A DNA stretch of 64,000 nt from Escherichia phage vB_EcoM_R5505: sequence record MK373786.1; one strand, given 5' to 3'. Positions 1 to 9,684 of this stretch are shown here, piece by piece. Position 1 is the stretch's first letter. Each line of letters begins with the position of its first letter. Position numbers and translations under genes: made by a program. The notes under the pieces are model-generated. The model saw only the letters and a program-made list of their open reading frames with translations, was not told the DNA's origin and made no database searches.

Positions 1-525
1 GAATGGCTCACTGAAAATAAATTAGCAGTAGATAAAGGCATCAAAGCCGAACTGTTTGAATCCATGCTTGGTGGATTGAAAGAGCTCTTCGTTGAACACA
101 ACGTTGTTGTTCCAGAAGAATCAGTTGATGTTGTAGCTGAAATGGAAGAAGAACTGCAAGAACATAAAGAAGAATCAGCTCGTCTGTTCGAAGAACTCAA
201 TAAGCGTGACGCATATATCAATTATGTGCAGCGTGAAGTGGCATTGAGCGAAAGTACTAAAGATCTGACTGAGTCTCAAAAAGAAAAAGTCTCTGCTCTG
301 GTCGAAGGTATGGATTATTCAGATGCATTCTCAAGTAAATTGAGTGCAATCGTAGAAATGGTGAAGAAATCTAATAAAGATGAAAGCACTATTACTGAGA
401 GTATAAATACTCCTGATACTGAAGCAGCCGGACTGAATTTCGTCACTGAAGCTGTAGAAGATAAATCTGCACAAGGTGCAGAAGATATTGTAAGTGTATA
501 TGCGAAAGTCGCATCTCGTTTCTAA
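1..525 (+). CDS. 22: Prohead core scaffold protein gp22, C-terminal part (5' end outside window)
   Basis: Frame-1 ORF open from base 1 to stop at 525; acidic, coiled-coil-like; sits immediately upstream of gene 23 as in T4. Confidence 0.75.
   Translation, partial: EWLTENKLAVDKGIKAELFESMLGGLKELFVEHNVVVPEESVDVVAEMEEELQEHKEESARLFEELNKRDAYINYVQREVALSESTKDLTESQKEKVSALVEGMDYSDAFSSKLSAIVEMVKKSNKDESTITESINTPDTEAAGLNFVTEAVEDKSAQGAEDIVSVYAKVASRF
402..409 (+). promoter_or_regulatory. Late promoter (TATAAATA) upstream of gene 23
   Basis: Exact TATAAATA about 135 nt upstream of gene 23 ATG. Confidence 0.6.
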
Positions 526-543
526 TTTTAAAGGTTAACACAA

Positions 544-2109
544 ATGACTATCAAAACTAAAGCTGAACTTTTGAACAAATGGAAGCCATTACTGGAAGGT
601 GAAGGTTTACCGGAAATTGCTAATAGCAAACAAGCGATTATCGCTAAAATCTTTGAAAACCAGGAAAAAGATTTCCAGACAGCTCCAGAATATAAAGACG
701 AAAAAATTGCTCAGGCATTTGGTTCTTTCTTAACAGAAGCTGAAATCGGTGGTGACCACGGTTACAATGCTACCAACATCGCTGCAGGTCAGACTTCTGG
801 CGCAGTAACTCAGATTGGCCCAGCTGTTATGGGTATGGTACGTCGTGCTATTCCTAACCTGATTGCTTTCGATATTTGTGGTGTTCAGCCGATGAACAGC
901 CCAACCGGTCAGGTATTCGCACTCCGCGCGGTATATGGTAAAGACCCAATCGCTGCCGATGCTAAAGAAGCATTCCACCCAATGTATGGTCCAGATGCAA
1001 TGTTCTCTGGTCAGGGTGCTGCTAAGAAATTCCCAGCTCTGGCTGCTAGCACACAAACCACAGTAGGTGATATCTATACTCACTTCTTCCAGGACACTGG
1101 TACTGTGTATCTGCAAGCTTCTGCTCAAGTAACAATCGATGCTGGTGCGACTGATGCTGCTAAATTAGATGCTGAAATTAAGAAACAAATGGAAGCTGGT
1201 GCACTGGTAGAAATCGCTGAAGGTATGGCTACTTCTATCGCTGAACTTCAGGAAGGTTTCAATGGTTCTACCGATAACCCATGGAATGAAATGGGCTTCC
1301 GTATCGATAAGCAAGTTATCGAAGCTAAATCTCGTCAGCTGAAAGCTGCTTACTCTATTGAATTAGCACAAGACCTCCGCGCTGTTCACGGTATGGATGC
1401 TGATGCTGAACTGTCTGGTATTCTGGCTACCGAAATCATGCTGGAAATCAACCGTGAAGTTGTTGATTGGATTAACTACTCCGCACAGGTTGGTAAATCT
1501 GGTATGACCCTGACTCCGGGTTCTAAAGCTGGCGTATTTGACTTCCAGGACCCAATCGATATTCGTGGTGCTCGCTGGGCAGGTGAATCCTTTAAAGCTC
1601 TGTTGTTCCAGATTGACAAAGAAGCAGTTGAAATTGCTCGTCAAACCGGTCGCGGCGAAGGTAACTTCATTATCGCTTCCCGTAACGTAGTTAACGTTCT
1701 GGCTTCAGTTGATACCGGCATTTCTTATGCTGCACAAGGTCTGGCTACCGGCTTTAACACTGATACTACCAAGTCAGTATTTGCTGGTGTTCTGGGTGGT
1801 AAATACCGTGTATATATCGACCAGTATGCTAAACAGGATTATTTCACTGTAGGTTATAAAGGTCCGAACGAAATGGATGCTGGTATTTACTATGCTCCAT
1901 ATGTAGCTCTGACTCCGCTGCGTGGTTCCGATCCGAAGAACTTCCAACCGGTAATGGGATTCAAAACTCGTTACGGTATCGGTATCAACCCATTTGCAGA
2001 ATCCGCTGCTCAGGCTCCGGCTTCTCGCATCCAGAGCGGTATGCCTTCTATTCTGAATAGCCTTGGTAAAAACGCTTACTTCCGCCGTGTATATGTTAAA
2101 GGTATCTAA
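544..2109 (+). CDS. 23: Major capsid protein gp23
   Basis: 521-aa ORF, N-terminus MTIKTKAELLNKWKPLLEGEG; length and position match T4 gp23; strong codon bias of a highly expressed gene. Confidence 0.97.
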   Translation: MTIKTKAELLNKWKPLLEGEGLPEIANSKQAIIAKIFENQEKDFQTAPEYKDEKIAQAFGSFLTEAEIGGDHGYNATNIAAGQTSGAVTQIGPAVMGMVRRAIPNLIAFDICGVQPMNSPTGQVFALRAVYGKDPIAADAKEAFHPMYGPDAMFSGQGAAKKFPALAASTQTTVGDIYTHFFQDTGTVYLQASAQVTIDAGATDAAKLDAEIKKQMEAGALVEIAEGMATSIAELQEGFNGSTDNPWNEMGFRIDKQVIEAKSRQLKAAYSIELAQDLRAVHGMDADAELSGILATEIMLEINREVVDWINYSAQVGKSGMTLTPGSKAGVFDFQDPIDIRGARWAGESFKALLFQIDKEAVEIARQTGRGEGNFIIASRNVVNVLASVDTGISYAAQGLATGFNTDTTKSVFAGVLGGKYRVYIDQYAKQDYFTVGYKGPNEMDAGIYYAPYVALTPLRGSDPKNFQPVMGFKTRYGIGINPFAESAAQAPASRIQSGMPSILNSLGKNAYFRRVYVKGI

Positions 2110-2124
2110 TCTTTGACGATTTAA

Positions 2125-2143
2125 GGGACCTTCGGGTCCCTTT
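2125..2143 (+). terminator. Intrinsic terminator hairpin after gene 23
   Basis: gggacc-ttcg-ggtccc stem-loop followed by T-run. Confidence 0.8.
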
Positions 2144-2157
2144 AGTTGTTTTTATGG

Positions 2158-2165
2158 TATAAATA
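2158..2165 (+). promoter_or_regulatory. Late promoter (TATAAATA) for gene 24
   Basis: tataaata about 28 nt upstream of gene 24 ATG. Confidence 0.75.
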
Positions 2166-2192
2166 AATCATATAAACCAAAAGGAAAGCGCA

Positions 2193-3476
2193 ATGGCTAA
2201 AATCAACGAACTTCTGCGCGAATCAACCACAACGAATAGCAACTCAATCGGTCGCCCAAATCTCGTTGCTTTGACTCGCGCTACCACTAAATTAATATAT
2301 TCTGACATTGTAGCAACGCAAAGAACTAATCAACCTGTTGCTGCTTTTTATGGTATCAAATACCTTAACCCAGACAATGAATTTACATTTAAAACTGGTG
2401 CTACTTACGCTGGCGAAGCCGGATATGTAGACCGAGAACAAATCACAGAATTAACAGAAGAGTCTAAATTAACTCTCAATAAAGGCGATTTATTCAAATA
2501 TAATAATATCGTTTATAAAGTATTAGAAGATACACCATTTGCTGATATTGAAGAAAGCGACTTAGAGTTAGCTCTTCAGATTGCAATTGTTCTTTTAAAG
2601 GTTCGTCTATTTTCTGACGCAGCGTCAACAAGCAAATTTGAAAGCTCTGATAGTGAAATTGCGGATGCTAGATTCCAGATTAATAAATGGCAAACCGCAG
2701 TTAAATCTCGTAAACTTAAAACTGGTATCACAGTTGAATTAGCGCAAGATTTAGAAGCAAATGGATTCGATGCTCCTAATTTCTTGGAAGATTTGCTTGC
2801 AACTGAAATGGCAGATGAAATCAATAAAGATATTCTACAGTCTTTGATTACAGTGTCAAAACGCTATAAAGTTACAGGAATTACTGATAGTGGATTCATC
2901 GATTTGAGTTATGCATCTGCTCCTGAAGCTGGTCGTTCATTATACCGAATGGTATGTGAAATGGTTTCGCATATCCAAAAAGAATCAACTTATACAGCAA
3001 CATTCTGTGTTGCTTCTGCTCGTGCTGCTGCGATTCTTGCTGCATCAGGTTGGTTAAAACATAAACCAGAAGATGATAAATATCTTTCACAAAATGCCTA
3101 TGGGTTTTTAGCTAATGGTTTACCACTTTATTGCGATACTAACAGCCCATTAGATTATGTAATCGTTGGCGTAGTAGAAAATATCGGTGAAAAAGAAATT
3201 GTTGGATCAATTTTCTATGCTCCGTATACAGAAGGTCTCGACTTAGATGACCCTGAACATGTAGGTGCATTTAAAGTTGTAGTTGATCCAGAAAGTTTGC
3301 AGCCATCTATCGGTTTATTAGTTAGATATGCTTTATCAGCAAATCCTTACACCGTAGCAAAAGATGAAAAAGAAGCAAGAGTAATTGATGGTGGAGACAT
3401 GGATAAAATGGCGGGTCGTTCAGATTTGTCTGTTTTATTAGGTGTTAAATTACCAAAAATTATTATTGATGAATAA
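2193..3476 (+). CDS. 24: Capsid vertex protein gp24 (gp23 paralog)
   Basis: 427-aa ORF directly after gene 23, shared motifs with gp23 (KLKTGITVELAQDLEA vs LKAAYSIELAQDLRA). Confidence 0.95.
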   Translation: MAKINELLRESTTTNSNSIGRPNLVALTRATTKLIYSDIVATQRTNQPVAAFYGIKYLNPDNEFTFKTGATYAGEAGYVDREQITELTEESKLTLNKGDLFKYNNIVYKVLEDTPFADIEESDLELALQIAIVLLKVRLFSDAASTSKFESSDSEIADARFQINKWQTAVKSRKLKTGITVELAQDLEANGFDAPNFLEDLLATEMADEINKDILQSLITVSKRYKVTGITDSGFIDLSYASAPEAGRSLYRMVCEMVSHIQKESTYTATFCVASARAAAILAASGWLKHKPEDDKYLSQNAYGFLANGLPLYCDTNSPLDYVIVGVVENIGEKEIVGSIFYAPYTEGLDLDDPEHVGAFKVVVDPESLQPSIGLLVRYALSANPYTVAKDEKEARVIDGGDMDKMAGRSDLSVLLGVKLPKIIIDE

Positions 3477-3480
3477 AACA

Positions 3481-3503
3481 AAGGGACCTTTCGGTCCCTT
3501 TTT
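3481..3503. terminator. Bidirectional terminator hairpin between convergent genes 24 and rnlB
   Basis: aagggacc-tttc-ggtccctt flanked by A-run and T-run. Confidence 0.8.
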
Positions 3504-3505
3504 AT

Positions 3506-4510
3506 TTAACTTACCAATTCAATCCAAGCCGGACGAAGTACATCTTGTACCATTTTAACTAATTCCTTCTTAATCAAAGAAGGATTATCCGCTTGAGTTA
3601 GAGTAATACCTTCACGAGAAGTTTCTTCCAAAATATCTTGAACGGTTAGTCCCATCACCTTTCCAAAATCTTTAGGACCAATTTCGCCAATTTTAGAAAT
3701 AACGTTATTTACCCGGTTCAGTGTAACGTAACAAGCTAAAATCCCCACCAATTTGTTATCAGCTTCTGACAGTTCAACTTTAGCTTTAATAGGCTTATCA
3801 GACTTTTTCTTTTCACTAAATTTAGAATTCTTGCATTTGATGGCTACACGATTGCGATTAGGCAGCCAAGAAGGATAACAAGGTTTCAATACATATCCTT
3901 CAGCAGTAAATACTTCGCCTTTGGTTTCAGCTTTCCAAACACATTTGTTAGCGTCAATTAAACCTGCATTATCTACGGTAAAATTATAAGACGGAACAAC
4001 AGAATCCAAATCATTTGGAAGTTTAATAAGATCTTCAAATTTACCACGACCCAAAAGTGGAGCGATTTTAAACCCAAATGAATTACAAAACGATTCCATC
4101 ATGTAATCATCAACATAAGTTACATCACCACTTTCGGTAGTGACAATAATGTCAAATACATAAAAATCTTTATCGCCATAATCAACATTCTTCTGAATGC
4201 CAGGTCCAGCGAATTCGCCAAAAACTTGATAAGTCACAACAGCTGAAGTTTCCATAATTTCTTGTACTGCTTTAATGGAATCAGCGTAATTCTTTAAAAT
4301 AATTTCATACCCAAAGAAATCTTCAGCAGGAAGAATAGGACCAGTACGTTTAGCGCAAGTTACTTTATCACGCTCAATAATCAATGAGAAATTTGTGCCG
4401 TGAATCTTTTCACGAGCTACCCATTCGCCGCCAGTCAATCCCAAGCTATAAAGTTTTTCAATAAATTTAGAGTTGTAATGATTTTCAAGACTGCTATACT
4501 TTTTAAACAT
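3506..4510 (-). CDS. rnlB: RNA ligase 2
   Basis: 334-aa ORF with nucleotidyltransferase lysine motif (EKIHGTNF); position after gene 24 as in T4. Confidence 0.93.
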   Translation of the reverse strand: MFKKYSSLENHYNSKFIEKLYSLGLTGGEWVAREKIHGTNFSLIIERDKVTCAKRTGPILPAEDFFGYEIILKNYADSIKAVQEIMETSAVVTYQVFGEFAGPGIQKNVDYGDKDFYVFDIIVTTESGDVTYVDDYMMESFCNSFGFKIAPLLGRGKFEDLIKLPNDLDSVVPSYNFTVDNAGLIDANKCVWKAETKGEVFTAEGYVLKPCYPSWLPNRNRVAIKCKNSKFSEKKKSDKPIKAKVELSEADNKLVGILACYVTLNRVNNVISKIGEIGPKDFGKVMGLTVQDILEETSREGITLTQADNPSLIKKELVKMVQDVLRPAWIELVS

Positions 4511-4519
4511 AATTAATCC

Positions 4520-4798
4520 TCAAAATGTAATTTCTAACCAATCACCATCACGCTGATCACTATTGACTTTAAAATTAAATCCTTCTTTTCTCAGCCAATC
4601 ACCAATTTCTTCAGTAATCAATTTATCGCGAGCAGTACAATAATAACTAAAATATGTTTTACCTTGTTCAGCTGCTTTATTAGCAAGTTCTGAAAAATCT
4701 TTAATAAAACACTCTAGCTTAAACTGTTTACTTTTTAATGCTTTTTCACGTAATTGATTAGCAAAAGATTCATTTTCATAAAGATCATACTGTTCCAT
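4520..4798 (-). CDS. Hypothetical protein (T4 24.2 position)
   Basis: 92-aa ORF, coupled to upstream ORF. Confidence 0.65.
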   Translation of the reverse strand: MEQYDLYENESFANQLREKALKSKQFKLECFIKDFSELANKAAEQGKTYFSYYCTARDKLITEEIGDWLRKEGFNFKVNSDQRDGDWLEITF

Positions 4799-5000
4799 TT
4801 TTCACCTTTTTATTAATATGTCTTTTTCTATAGACAACTTTTTCTCGAGTTTCAAATCTATTCTTAGCAGTCATAGCTCGAGCCCATAATACAGCCACTT
4901 CTTTTGCCTGTAAGTTCAATTCACGAGCAATTTCAATGAATGACTTTCCAGACTCATGAAGCGTAAACACCACAACCTCAGTTCTCATAATCAATCTCAT
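4785..5000 (-). CDS. Hypothetical protein with possible helix-turn-helix (T4 24.3 position)
   Basis: 71-aa ORF; segment SFIEIARELNLQAKEVAVLWARA looks HTH-like. Confidence 0.55.
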   Translation of the reverse strand: MRLIMRTEVVVFTLHESGKSFIEIARELNLQAKEVAVLWARAMTAKNRFETREKVVYRKRHINKKVKNGTV

Positions 5001-5067
5001 GTTATCGAGTTGGTGCCATTATATACATCATTTTCTGATTGTGTTTTGTGTGCTTTCAAAATGAAGA

Positions 5068-5087
5068 AAGGGGCCGAAGCCCCTTAT
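5068..5087. terminator. Terminator hairpin downstream of hoc
   Basis: aaaggggcc-gaag-ccccttt stem-loop. Confidence 0.75.
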
Positions 5088-5089
5088 GA

Positions 5090-6220
5090 TTATGGATAGG
5101 TATAGATGATACCAGTTTCTAAAGCAGTTTTATGAATGATGTATCCATTACGTGATTCTTGAACATCAACTTCTGGATAGTCTTTCATCATCTTCTGAAG
5201 AGTATAACGATGCAGATAGTATTTACTATCTGGGTCTTCAGTTTTCCAATCTTTACCTTCTTCGGTCATTTTTTGGATTTCATCCATAACCCACCAACCG
5301 CACCAGATGTAAGCTGAAGTACGATGTGGAAGAGGATGAACATAAGGCAATTCACCTTCTGGTTCTGGAGCAACTTTATCAGTTACCTGAACTTGACCTT
5401 CTGCTGTAATAGTTTTGCTATCATAATCAGCAGCAGTAACAGTTGCAGTAACTTCAATAGTTTGACTTCCAATAGATGAGGTATCAACGGTATATACATT
5501 AGTTGACCCTTCTACAGGAGAAGAATCTTTCTTCCATGAGTATTCGATTTGTGCTTCTTCTGGAGCATCAGTGACATTAGCAGTAAATGTAGCCAAAGCA
5601 TCTTGTTGAACGTCAATAGAAGGAGGAGTCAATGTAACCTGTGGATTCATTGTCTTCTTATTAACCGTTAATGATACTTCATTCGAAGTAACTTCCTTTG
5701 CATCATAATCTGCCGCGGTTACTTGAGCCACACACTTAATTGTTTTAACTCCGCTTGCGGTAGGAGTGTAATTGAATGTAGCAGAAGTTGCTTCGCCCAC
5801 AGGAGAATCATCTACATACCATTGATAAGTAGCGTTTGCGCCTGATGGCTGCGAAGCTAAAGTAGCGGTAAATTCAACAGCTGTTCCGATTACTCCAGCC
5901 GCAGGACTATCAGGAGTTACTGCCAAGGTAGTCGTCTGAGTCTTGTTTTTGACTGTGATAGTTGTACTAATTTCAGCTGTTTCAGCTTCAGAATCAGGAA
6001 TAGTATTTGTTGCAACTACCTTAATAGTCTTTTGACCGGCAGGTCCTTTTAATACATAATCAAAAGTTGCGGCTGATCCTTCTTGGGGAGCATTATCTAC
6101 ACTCCATGCATAGGTAATAGTTCCACCTTCAGCCTGACCACTAGGTGCAGCAGTAAACTGTTTGGTTTCATCAATAACCCCTGTTGGTGTTTTAGGAGTT
6201 ATATCAACTGTAAAAGCCAT
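5090..6220 (-). CDS. hoc: Highly immunogenic outer capsid protein Hoc (Ig-like repeats)
   Basis: 376-aa ORF, T/S-rich repeated beta-rich modules, conserved C-terminal capsid-binding region. Confidence 0.92.
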   Translation of the reverse strand: MAFTVDITPKTPTGVIDETKQFTAAPSGQAEGGTITYAWSVDNAPQEGSAATFDYVLKGPAGQKTIKVVATNTIPDSEAETAEISTTITVKNKTQTTTLAVTPDSPAAGVIGTAVEFTATLASQPSGANATYQWYVDDSPVGEATSATFNYTPTASGVKTIKCVAQVTAADYDAKEVTSNEVSLTVNKKTMNPQVTLTPPSIDVQQDALATFTANVTDAPEEAQIEYSWKKDSSPVEGSTNVYTVDTSSIGSQTIEVTATVTAADYDSKTITAEGQVQVTDKVAPEPEGELPYVHPLPHRTSAYIWCGWWVMDEIQKMTEEGKDWKTEDPDSKYYLHRYTLQKMMKDYPEVDVQESRNGYIIHKTALETGIIYTYP

Positions 6221-6229
6221 AAGTTATCC

Positions 6230-6910
6230 TTATTTTAATGTTACGAAAGAAGAATTGCGTGTTTCACGAATTAAAACTGATCCGTCACGGTTAATGTAAT
6301 AAATTAAGCTAAATAAAGTTTGGTGTGCTGACGCGTGTTCAAAACTAGTTGGGTGAGATTTCCAATCAGGAGTTTCAGCAATCCATTGATAAATCCACCA
6401 AGGAACGGTACAAAATCCTGGATTTTTTCCAATCAGCTGAAGATTCGGACTAAAGTTTTCCGGAAGAGTAAATACAGACGGCTTTTCAGATTCAATAATC
6501 TCAGCTACAGCCTGTTCAAATTTTTCTTCAACAAAAGGAGTATCTTCAATCAAAACTGAGGTATTTTCAGGAATTTTATCCGTTTCTACTACTTCAATTT
6601 TAATGTCAGATTTAACCGGAGAATCAATCAGAAGTGCTGCTTCTGGATTGACTTCTTCATCGTCATATTTTAATCCCTCTGCGGCATCAGCAGCATCAAT
6701 TAAGTCTTTAATAGATAACCCATCAGTCTCTGGCATAGGTTCACTAGCAAGCTTCTGGAGGGCTTCTTCAATATCAACAACGATATTATCAAAAGATTTA
6801 TTCTTTTTGACCTTTATACCAAACTGTTCAGCATATTCAGCTAATTTAGCTTTAGCTTCTTTATTATCATCAAGAGCCTTCAGCTCTGCAATATAATCTT
6901 TATCTATCAT
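6230..6910 (-). CDS. inh: Inh, inhibitor of prohead protease
   Basis: 226-aa ORF immediately upstream of hoc on same strand. Confidence 0.8.
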   Translation of the reverse strand: MIDKDYIAELKALDDNKEAKAKLAEYAEQFGIKVKKNKSFDNIVVDIEEALQKLASEPMPETDGLSIKDLIDAADAAEGLKYDDEEVNPEAALLIDSPVKSDIKIEVVETDKIPENTSVLIEDTPFVEEKFEQAVAEIIESEKPSVFTLPENFSPNLQLIGKNPGFCTVPWWIYQWIAETPDWKSHPTSFEHASAHQTLFSLIYYINRDGSVLIRETRNSSFVTLK

Positions 6911-6923
6911 AATATTTCCTCAG

Positions 6924-6931
6924 TATAAATA
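6924..6931 (+). promoter_or_regulatory. Late promoter (TATAAATA) for uvsW
   Basis: tataaata about 30 nt upstream of uvsW ATG. Confidence 0.7.
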
Positions 6932-6960
6932 TAGATATATTTATTACATGGTATTTAGAC

Positions 6961-8472
6961 ATGACTGACATTAAAGTACATTTTTATGATTTTAGTCACG
7001 TGAGAATTGATTGTGAAGAAAGTACATTTCATGAACTCCGTGATTTCTTTAGCTTTGAAGCTGATGGGTATCGTTTTAATCCGAAATACAAATATGGCCA
7101 CTGGGATGGACGAATCCGTCTTTTAGATTATAATCGTCTTCTTCCATTCGGCTTAGTCGGGCAAATTAAAAAGTTCTGTGATAACTTTGGCTATAAAGCC
7201 TGGATTGACCCACAAATTAACGAAAAAGAAGAATTATCAAGAAAAGATTTTGATGAATGGCTTTCTAAATTAGAAATCTATTCAGGAAATAAAAGAATTG
7301 AACCACACTGGTATCAAAAAGATGCAGTGTTCGAAGGATTAGTTAATCGTCGTAGAATTCTTAATCTTCCAACATCCGCTGGTAAATCTTTAATTCAAGC
7401 TTTGCTTGCGCGATATTATTTGGAAAATTATGAAGGTAAAATTCTTATCATTGTTCCAACAACTGCTCTGACAACTCAGATGGCTGATGACTTCGTCGAC
7501 TATCGTTTATTCAGTCATGCAATGATAAAGAAAATTGGTGGCGGAGCATCAAAAGATGATAAATATAAAAATGATGCACCAGTCGTTGTTGGTACATGGC
7601 AAACTGTAGTAAAACAACCGAAAGAATGGTTCTCACAGTTTGGAATGATGATGAATGATGAATGCCATCTTGCTACAGGAAAAAGTATTTCATCTATCAT
7701 ATCAGGTTTAAATAACTGCATGTTCAAATTTGGTCTATCAGGTTCATTACGTGATGGCAAAGCCAATATCATGCAGTATGTTGGAATGTTTGGTGAAATA
7801 TTTAAGCCAGTAACGACTTCTAAATTAATGGAAGATGGACAAGTAACTGAGCTAAAAATTAATAGTATTTTTCTTCGCTATCCCGATGAGTTCACTACTA
7901 AATTAAAGGGAAAAACTTATCAAGAAGAAATAAAAATTATTACTGGGCTTAGTAAAAGAAATAAATGGATCGCTAAATTAGCTATTAAGCTTGCGCAAAA
8001 AGATGAAAACGCTTTTGTCATGTTTAAACATGTATCGCATGGTAAAGCTATTTTCGATTTAATTAAAAATGAATACGATAAAGTTTATTACGTATCAGGG
8101 GAAGTTGATACCGAAACCCGCAATATAATGAAAACCTTAGCTGAAAATGGTAAAGGAATAATTATAGTAGCTAGTTATGGTGTATTTTCTACTGGTATTT
8201 CAGTTAAAAATCTGCATCACGTTGTTTTAGCGCACGGTGTTAAATCAAAAATCATTGTATTACAAACAATCGGTCGTGTATTACGTAAGCATGGTTCTAA
8301 GACAATAGCAACTGTCTGGGACCTCATAGATGATTGTGGCGTTAAGCCAAAATCTGCTAATACGAAAAAGAAATATGTTCATTTGAACTATCTTTTAAAA
8401 CACGGCATTGATCGTATTCAGCGCTACGCAGATGAAAAATTTAATTACGTAATGAAAACAGTTAATTTATAA
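6961..8472 (+). CDS. uvsW: UvsW SF2 DNA/RNA helicase
   Basis: 503-aa ORF; Walker A (LPTSAGKS) and DECH box (MNDECHLA). Confidence 0.95.
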   Translation: MTDIKVHFYDFSHVRIDCEESTFHELRDFFSFEADGYRFNPKYKYGHWDGRIRLLDYNRLLPFGLVGQIKKFCDNFGYKAWIDPQINEKEELSRKDFDEWLSKLEIYSGNKRIEPHWYQKDAVFEGLVNRRRILNLPTSAGKSLIQALLARYYLENYEGKILIIVPTTALTTQMADDFVDYRLFSHAMIKKIGGGASKDDKYKNDAPVVVGTWQTVVKQPKEWFSQFGMMMNDECHLATGKSISSIISGLNNCMFKFGLSGSLRDGKANIMQYVGMFGEIFKPVTTSKLMEDGQVTELKINSIFLRYPDEFTTKLKGKTYQEEIKIITGLSKRNKWIAKLAIKLAQKDENAFVMFKHVSHGKAIFDLIKNEYDKVYYVSGEVDTETRNIMKTLAENGKGIIIVASYGVFSTGISVKNLHHVVLAHGVKSKIIVLQTIGRVLRKHGSKTIATVWDLIDDCGVKPKSANTKKKYVHLNYLLKHGIDRIQRYADEKFNYVMKTVNL

Positions 8473-8487
8473 GGGCTTCGGCCCTTT
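8472..8487 (+). terminator. Hairpin after uvsW
   Basis: gggcttcggccc stem-loop. Confidence 0.55.
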
Positions 8488-8497
8488 GGAGAAAAAG

Positions 8498-8728
8498 ATG
8501 TTACTAGAATTTAAACAATTTCTTTATGAAGCTTCTATTGATGAATTTATGGGTAAAATTGCCTCTTGTCAAACATTAGAAGGTTTAGAAGAACTTGAAG
8601 CTTATTATAAGAAAAGAGTCAAAGAAACTGAATTAAAAGATACTGATGACATCTCAGTTAGAGATGCTTTGGCAGGAAAAAGAGCTGAATTAGAAGATTC
8701 AGACGATGAAGTAGAAGAAAGCTTTTAA
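8498..8728 (+). CDS. uvsW.1: UvsW.1 small acidic protein
   Basis: 76 aa from the ATG at 8498 (track start at 8486 is TTG); GGAG Shine-Dalgarno 6 nt upstream. Confidence 0.8.
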   Translation: MLLEFKQFLYEASIDEFMGKIASCQTLEGLEELEAYYKKRVKETELKDTDDISVRDALAGKRAELEDSDDEVEESF

Positions 8729-8783
8729 ATTAAAAAAGGCCCAACCAAAAAGGAAGGGCCAAAACTATAGACTAAAGGTCACA

Positions 8784-8951
8784 CTATAGCAAAAGTTGTG
8801 TTTCATTTAATTGTTCTTCCGAACTTTCTGAAACTGGTAGTTCTTTAATGTAATTATAGCAAGGCCCAGGATGTACAGGACCTTTGTCTGTTTCAACAAC
8901 CAATGCAGAATCGATTGGAGTTTTACAGACAACACAAATCTTATCTGACAT
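8784..8951 (-). CDS. Small CxxC...C protein (T4 uvsY.-2 position), not in ORF track
   Basis: 55-aa ORF MSDKICVVCK...PCYNY with GAGGAG Shine-Dalgarno; possible zinc-binding mini-protein. Confidence 0.5.
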   Translation of the reverse strand: MSDKICVVCKTPIDSALVVETDKGPVHPGPCYNYIKELPVSESSEEQLNETQLLL

Positions 8952-8979
8952 GATTGTCTCCTCTGAATTATATATCTAT

Positions 8980-9204
8980 TTATACAACTCTCATATGCAT
9001 ATCAATGCCCATATCTTTAGAATAAAAATATTCATCAAGATATCCGGCAAATTTTCCTTTAATATAAAGGACATCTTCACCACACGGGTGGTCGGCCAGG
9101 ATACGAATATCCTGACGCTTAAGATTATGCTTTTTCATTAAGAATTGAATCTCAGTTTCAAATTCTTCTTCATAATTAAAAGCATCATCAATGCTATATC
9201 TCAT
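8980..9204 (-). CDS. Hypothetical protein (T4 uvsY.-1 position)
   Basis: 74-aa ORF abutting the uvsY stop. Confidence 0.65.
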   Translation of the reverse strand: MRYSIDDAFNYEEEFETEIQFLMKKHNLKRQDIRILADHPCGEDVLYIKGKFAGYLDEYFYSKDMGIDMHMRVV

Positions 9205-9617
9205 TATTTTCCAGCCTCAAATGCTCGCATGTCTTGAATATGCTTAATAGCAAATCCGCGTGATTTGATAGCATCAAGAGCTCCGCTACAGAAATCTAAT
9301 AAAATCCCCCAATACTGTAACGAGGTATCAACCTTTAAAACATCCTTATCAGCTGATAGAACTGTCTTCATTTCTGATTTCTCGTAACGATCCATACTAA
9401 ATTCATCACCATCTCCTCGTCCCGAGTAGTAGTCTAATTTAGCTTTAAGAGCAACTTTTTTCTGTGCATCAATTCTAAGCATTTCCTTTTTAATACTTGA
9501 ATGCTTATTAAGCCATTTACTATATAACATCACATTATTAGCTGCTTCATACTGTAATTTAGTCGAATCTATAAACACATCTTTCTTCAATTCTTCTTGA
9601 AGATCTTCTAATCTCAT
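9204..9617 (-). CDS. uvsY: UvsY recombination mediator
   Basis: 137-aa ORF, length and neighbourhood as T4 UvsY. Confidence 0.93.
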   Translation of the reverse strand: MRLEDLQEELKKDVFIDSTKLQYEAANNVMLYSKWLNKHSSIKKEMLRIDAQKKVALKAKLDYYSGRGDGDEFSMDRYEKSEMKTVLSADKDVLKVDTSLQYWGILLDFCSGALDAIKSRGFAIKHIQDMRAFEAGK

Positions 9618-9657
9618 ATTGTTCTCTATTCAATTGTTATTGGATGGACTTAGATTC

Positions 9658-9684
9658 ATTATACCACGTTTTAACGTGAAGCAT
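9658..9684 (-). promoter_or_regulatory. MotA-dependent middle promoter upstream of uvsY (ori(uvsY)/oriF-type)
   Basis: On the minus strand: MotA box ATGCTTCA, 13 nt, then TATAAT; the MotA box overlaps the gene 25 stop codon. Confidence 0.7.

Noticed and set aside
730-1128. 132-aa antisense ORF inside gene 23
   Set aside because: Lies entirely within the major capsid gene on the opposite strand; no start context; an artefact of biased codon usage in gene 23.
1363-1644. 93-aa antisense ORF inside gene 23
   Set aside because: Same reason: embedded antisense in a highly expressed gene.
8884-9141. 85-aa plus-strand ORF overlapping the uvsY.-1/uvsY.-2 region
   Set aside because: Antisense to two better-supported minus-strand genes; no late promoter or Shine-Dalgarno.
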